Positions 61,331 through 64,000 of a DNA stretch of 64,000 nucleotides are shown here, one piece after another. Origin of the DNA: Planctomycetota bacterium (GTDB taxonomy: Bacteria > Planctomycetota > UBA8108 > SXIK01). Position 1 is the stretch's first letter. Each line of letters begins with the position of its first letter. A program made the translations under genes and the position numbers. The notes under the pieces were generated by a model. That model was not told the origin of the DNA. It was given only the letters and a program-made list of their open reading frames with translations, and did no database searches. The stretch spans positions 8,832,001-8,896,000 of the forward strand of contig OZ244999.1 in the NCBI GenBank assembly GCA_965223265.1, in the 5' to 3' direction.

Positions 61331-63463
61331 ATGCCGAAGGATCTCGACGCTTACAGAGCGAAGCGCGATTTCCGCAAGACATCGGAGCCGGCACCGAAGA
61401 CGCGGTCCTCACAGGCTCGATCCGTCGATCGAGCATCGTCAGCGGCATTCGTCGTCCATCGGCACGAAGCAAGGCGGCTTCACTACGATCTCCGGCTCGA
61501 AGCCAATGGCGTGCTTGCCTCATGGGCAGTTCCTCGGGGTTTCACTTACGTTCCGCAAGAGAAACGTCTCGCGGTCCGCACGGAGGACCATCCGCTCGAG
61601 TATCTCGAGTTCTCCGGAGTCATCCCCGAAGGCGAGTATGGCGCCGGCACCATGACGATCTGGGACCAGGGTACGTACGAGTTGATCGGTGACGCACATT
61701 CTGCGGGACAGCTCGCAGCTGCCCTCGAGCGCGGCAAGATCGAGCTTCGCTTCGACGGCGTGCGTCTGCGCGGCGAATGGCATATGGTGCAGACTCGAGA
61801 CGGCTGGTTGCTCTTCAAAGCGAGCGACCGCTACTCCCGCACTGTGGACGATGTAGCCTATCCCTTTCATCTGCGGTGGGACCTTGCCGCGCGCGCTGAT
61901 TTTCCCCGCTCGGTGCAGATCGCGCGTATCGACCCGGACGCTCACAACGAAGAGGCGTTCTCTGACCCGGCGTGGCTCTTCGAGCCTGAGTTCGACGGCA
62001 AGCGAGCCCTCGCCTTCAAGCGCGGCGACGAGATCTGCGTGCGCTCGTGCGGTTCACGGCCGTATTCACTCGAGCGGATCGTGGGGGTCCGTGACGCCGT
62101 AAGGCGCTTGCGTGCGACGAATGCGGTTTTGGACGGCGTGATCGTCAGTCTCGATGACAACGTCCGTCCCACGAAAGAGCGCGTCGAGTTGGGGCTACGC
62201 GGCAAACTTGATACGACGCTGACGTTCTGCGCTTTTGACCTTCTTTACTACGACGCCTGGAACGTCAGGGGCTTGTCTCTCGTCGAACGCAAGCAGCTCC
62301 TGAAGAGCTTGATCGTGAAGTCGTCCGGAATGATCCAGGTCGATCACGTTCTCGGCGAGGGGGAGAAGCTGTGCGCCGTTGCGTCGCGGGCCGGCCTTCG
62401 CGGCGTGATCGCGAAGCCGGCGTCGGGAGCCTACCGACGCGGCGCGGCGAGTGGGTGGAAGCGCATCGTTCTCTCTCCTTCGGCGACGTCGACGAAGGCG
62501 AACGCCCTCGAAACTCTCGCTTCGCTGCACGTCAGCCGAAACCGGCGGCGGCGTGTGACCTACAGCAATCTCAACAAGCTGTACTGGCCTGAGGCAGGGT
62601 ACACAAAAGGCGACATGATCGACTACTACGAAAAGGTCGCCGAGATGTTGCTGCCTTACCTTCATGACCGCCCGCTCCACATGCGGCGTTTCCCCGACGG
62701 GATCGATGGCAAATCTTTTTACCATCATGACGCGCGAGACCGCGTGCCGCCGTGGGTGAAGACCGCGCAGCTTCGCGGTGCGGACGACAAGGAGGACAAG
62801 CACTACATCATTTGTAATGACCGAGACACGCTCCTCTACGTCGCCAATCTTGGCAGTATCGATCTCCATCCATGGTTGTCGCGACTGAGTAGCCTCGACG
62901 TTCCCGACTGGTGTGTATTCGACCTCGACCCTGACGGTTCACCGTTTGCCGACGTCGTGCGTGTCGCACGCGAGACGGGAAAGATACTTCGCGGCATCGG
63001 TCTACGTCCATACCTGAAGACGTCAGGCGCCGATGGCCTGCACATCTACGTACCACTTGTGCCGCGCTACACGTATGAGCAGGTCCGCACGTTCGGTATG
63101 GGGGTCGCGCGCCATCTCGCCAATCGTTGGCCTCGGCTCTGCACGGTCGAACGCGCAGTCGCGCAGCGGCGCGGACGCGTCTACGTCGACGTTCTGCAGA
63201 ACCGCAGCGGTCAGACAGTCGTGCCGCCATACGTCTTGAGGCCTGTGCCTGCAGCGTCGGCATCGACGCCGCTCGAGTGGGACGAACTGACGACCGATTT
63301 GATGCCGCAGCGCTTCAACCTCGAATCGGTACCGCCGCGGCTGGCTCAGGTTGGTGACCTGTTTCGCGGTGCGCTTTCGGATCAGCAAGAGCTGCTGCCG
63401 GCGATCGATGCGTTTCGCGGTCTTCTGCGCGGCGATCGATCTGGGACTTCGGACGCGACTTGA
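61331..63463 (+). CDS. ligD: LigD-like NHEJ protein (3'-phosphoesterase, degenerate ligase, primase-like polymerase)
   Basis: PE domain: HEARRLHYDLRLE, SWAVP, TEDHPLEY. Polymerase domain: YTKGD, RFPDGI, FDLDP, KTSG..GLH, VYVD..QN. Ligase motifs are altered. Confidence 0.92.
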   Translation: MPKDLDAYRAKRDFRKTSEPAPKTRSSQARSVDRASSAAFVVHRHEARRLHYDLRLEANGVLASWAVPRGFTYVPQEKRLAVRTEDHPLEYLEFSGVIPEGEYGAGTMTIWDQGTYELIGDAHSAGQLAAALERGKIELRFDGVRLRGEWHMVQTRDGWLLFKASDRYSRTVDDVAYPFHLRWDLAARADFPRSVQIARIDPDAHNEEAFSDPAWLFEPEFDGKRALAFKRGDEICVRSCGSRPYSLERIVGVRDAVRRLRATNAVLDGVIVSLDDNVRPTKERVELGLRGKLDTTLTFCAFDLLYYDAWNVRGLSLVERKQLLKSLIVKSSGMIQVDHVLGEGEKLCAVASRAGLRGVIAKPASGAYRRGAASGWKRIVLSPSATSTKANALETLASLHVSRNRRRRVTYSNLNKLYWPEAGYTKGDMIDYYEKVAEMLLPYLHDRPLHMRRFPDGIDGKSFYHHDARDRVPPWVKTAQLRGADDKEDKHYIICNDRDTLLYVANLGSIDLHPWLSRLSSLDVPDWCVFDLDPDGSPFADVVRVARETGKILRGIGLRPYLKTSGADGLHIYVPLVPRYTYEQVRTFGMGVARHLANRWPRLCTVERAVAQRRGRVYVDVLQNRSGQTVVPPYVLRPVPAASASTPLEWDELTTDLMPQRFNLESVPPRLAQVGDLFRGALSDQQELLPAIDAFRGLLRGDRSGTSDAT

Positions 63464-63516
63464 AGGCTCAGGTGGTTTAAGGCGACGATCCACTCTCTCG
63501 GGGAGCGGCGGGAGTT

Positions 63517-64000
63517 GGAGTGGGTGACGGTGTGCGTGTGCGTGTGCGTGTGCCTGTGCGTCTCCCAAAGTAGCAGGCACACTCCGTGTGCCGTCCGGTC
63601 TCGTGTCCGTGTGCGTGCGCGTGGTGCTTCTCTGCCTGACCTTTGTTTTCTTTGTTTCCTTCTGTTCAAGAGATCAGAAGAAGAGTTGAACAAACGGAAA
63701 TCAAGTCAACGAAGGGCGGCCGTCCAAAGTAGCAGGCACACTCCGTGTGCCGTCCGGTCTTGTGGGCGCGTGCGTGGGCGTGGGCGTCTTCCAAAGTCGC
63801 AGGCACACTCCGAGGCTGTGAAGTTTTTCGAGCGTGCCAGCGGAACTTACGGTCACGCTTCGCGCTCACCTCCGGAACGGCACACGGAGTGTGCCTGCTA
63901 CTATAGACACGAACCTCCGCCAAGACCATTTTCAAAGTAGCAGGCACACGCCTGTGAGCCGTCCGGAGGTGCGCGTGAGTTGCGACGGCGCGTTTTGAAA
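63517..64000. repeat. Cluster of GTAG REPs, hexamer tracts and terminal modules (continues past the window edge)
   Basis: REPs at 63570, 63729 and 63937 (+) and 63877-63901 (-); split REP at 63793-63811 joined to GAGGCTGTGAA at 63812. Confidence 0.92.

Noticed and set aside
63517-64000. Possible CRISPR array
   Set aside because: Repeats occur in both orientations with irregular low-complexity spacers, are dispersed across the window, and no cas genes are present; REP explains them better.

Overview
GC-rich bacterial chromosomal window, most likely a planctomycete (DUF1501 plus PSD1/DUF1549-DUF1553 cytochrome-c pair, PQQ propeller, sulfatase, FG-GAP protein). Most of it is housekeeping or envelope DNA: putA 5' part, PPK2, queC, kdsB, pyrG, lptF/lptG-like, ggt, trxB, glycosyltransferases. 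It also holds a five-gene transglutaminase / circularly permuted ATP-grasp / alpha-E cluster. Accessory and unusual content: (1) a three-gene large serine recombinase element abutting a 5'-truncated four-helix-bundle gene; (2) nested non-coding repeats in which GTAG-type REP hairpins are split exactly at their 3-nt loop by a conserved terminal-repeat-like sequence and joined to variable hexamer tracts; (3) IS-end-like MITEs around a DegT aminotransferase; (4) a pair of ~250-300 bp direct repeats around a hypothetical gene; (5) a corA::mscK deletion-fusion pseudogene; (6) a LigD whose ligase domain has lost catalytic residues in four motifs while its PE and polymerase domains look intact. No rRNA, tRNA or CRISPR array was seen. 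All family calls come from motif recognition by eye; no database search was run.
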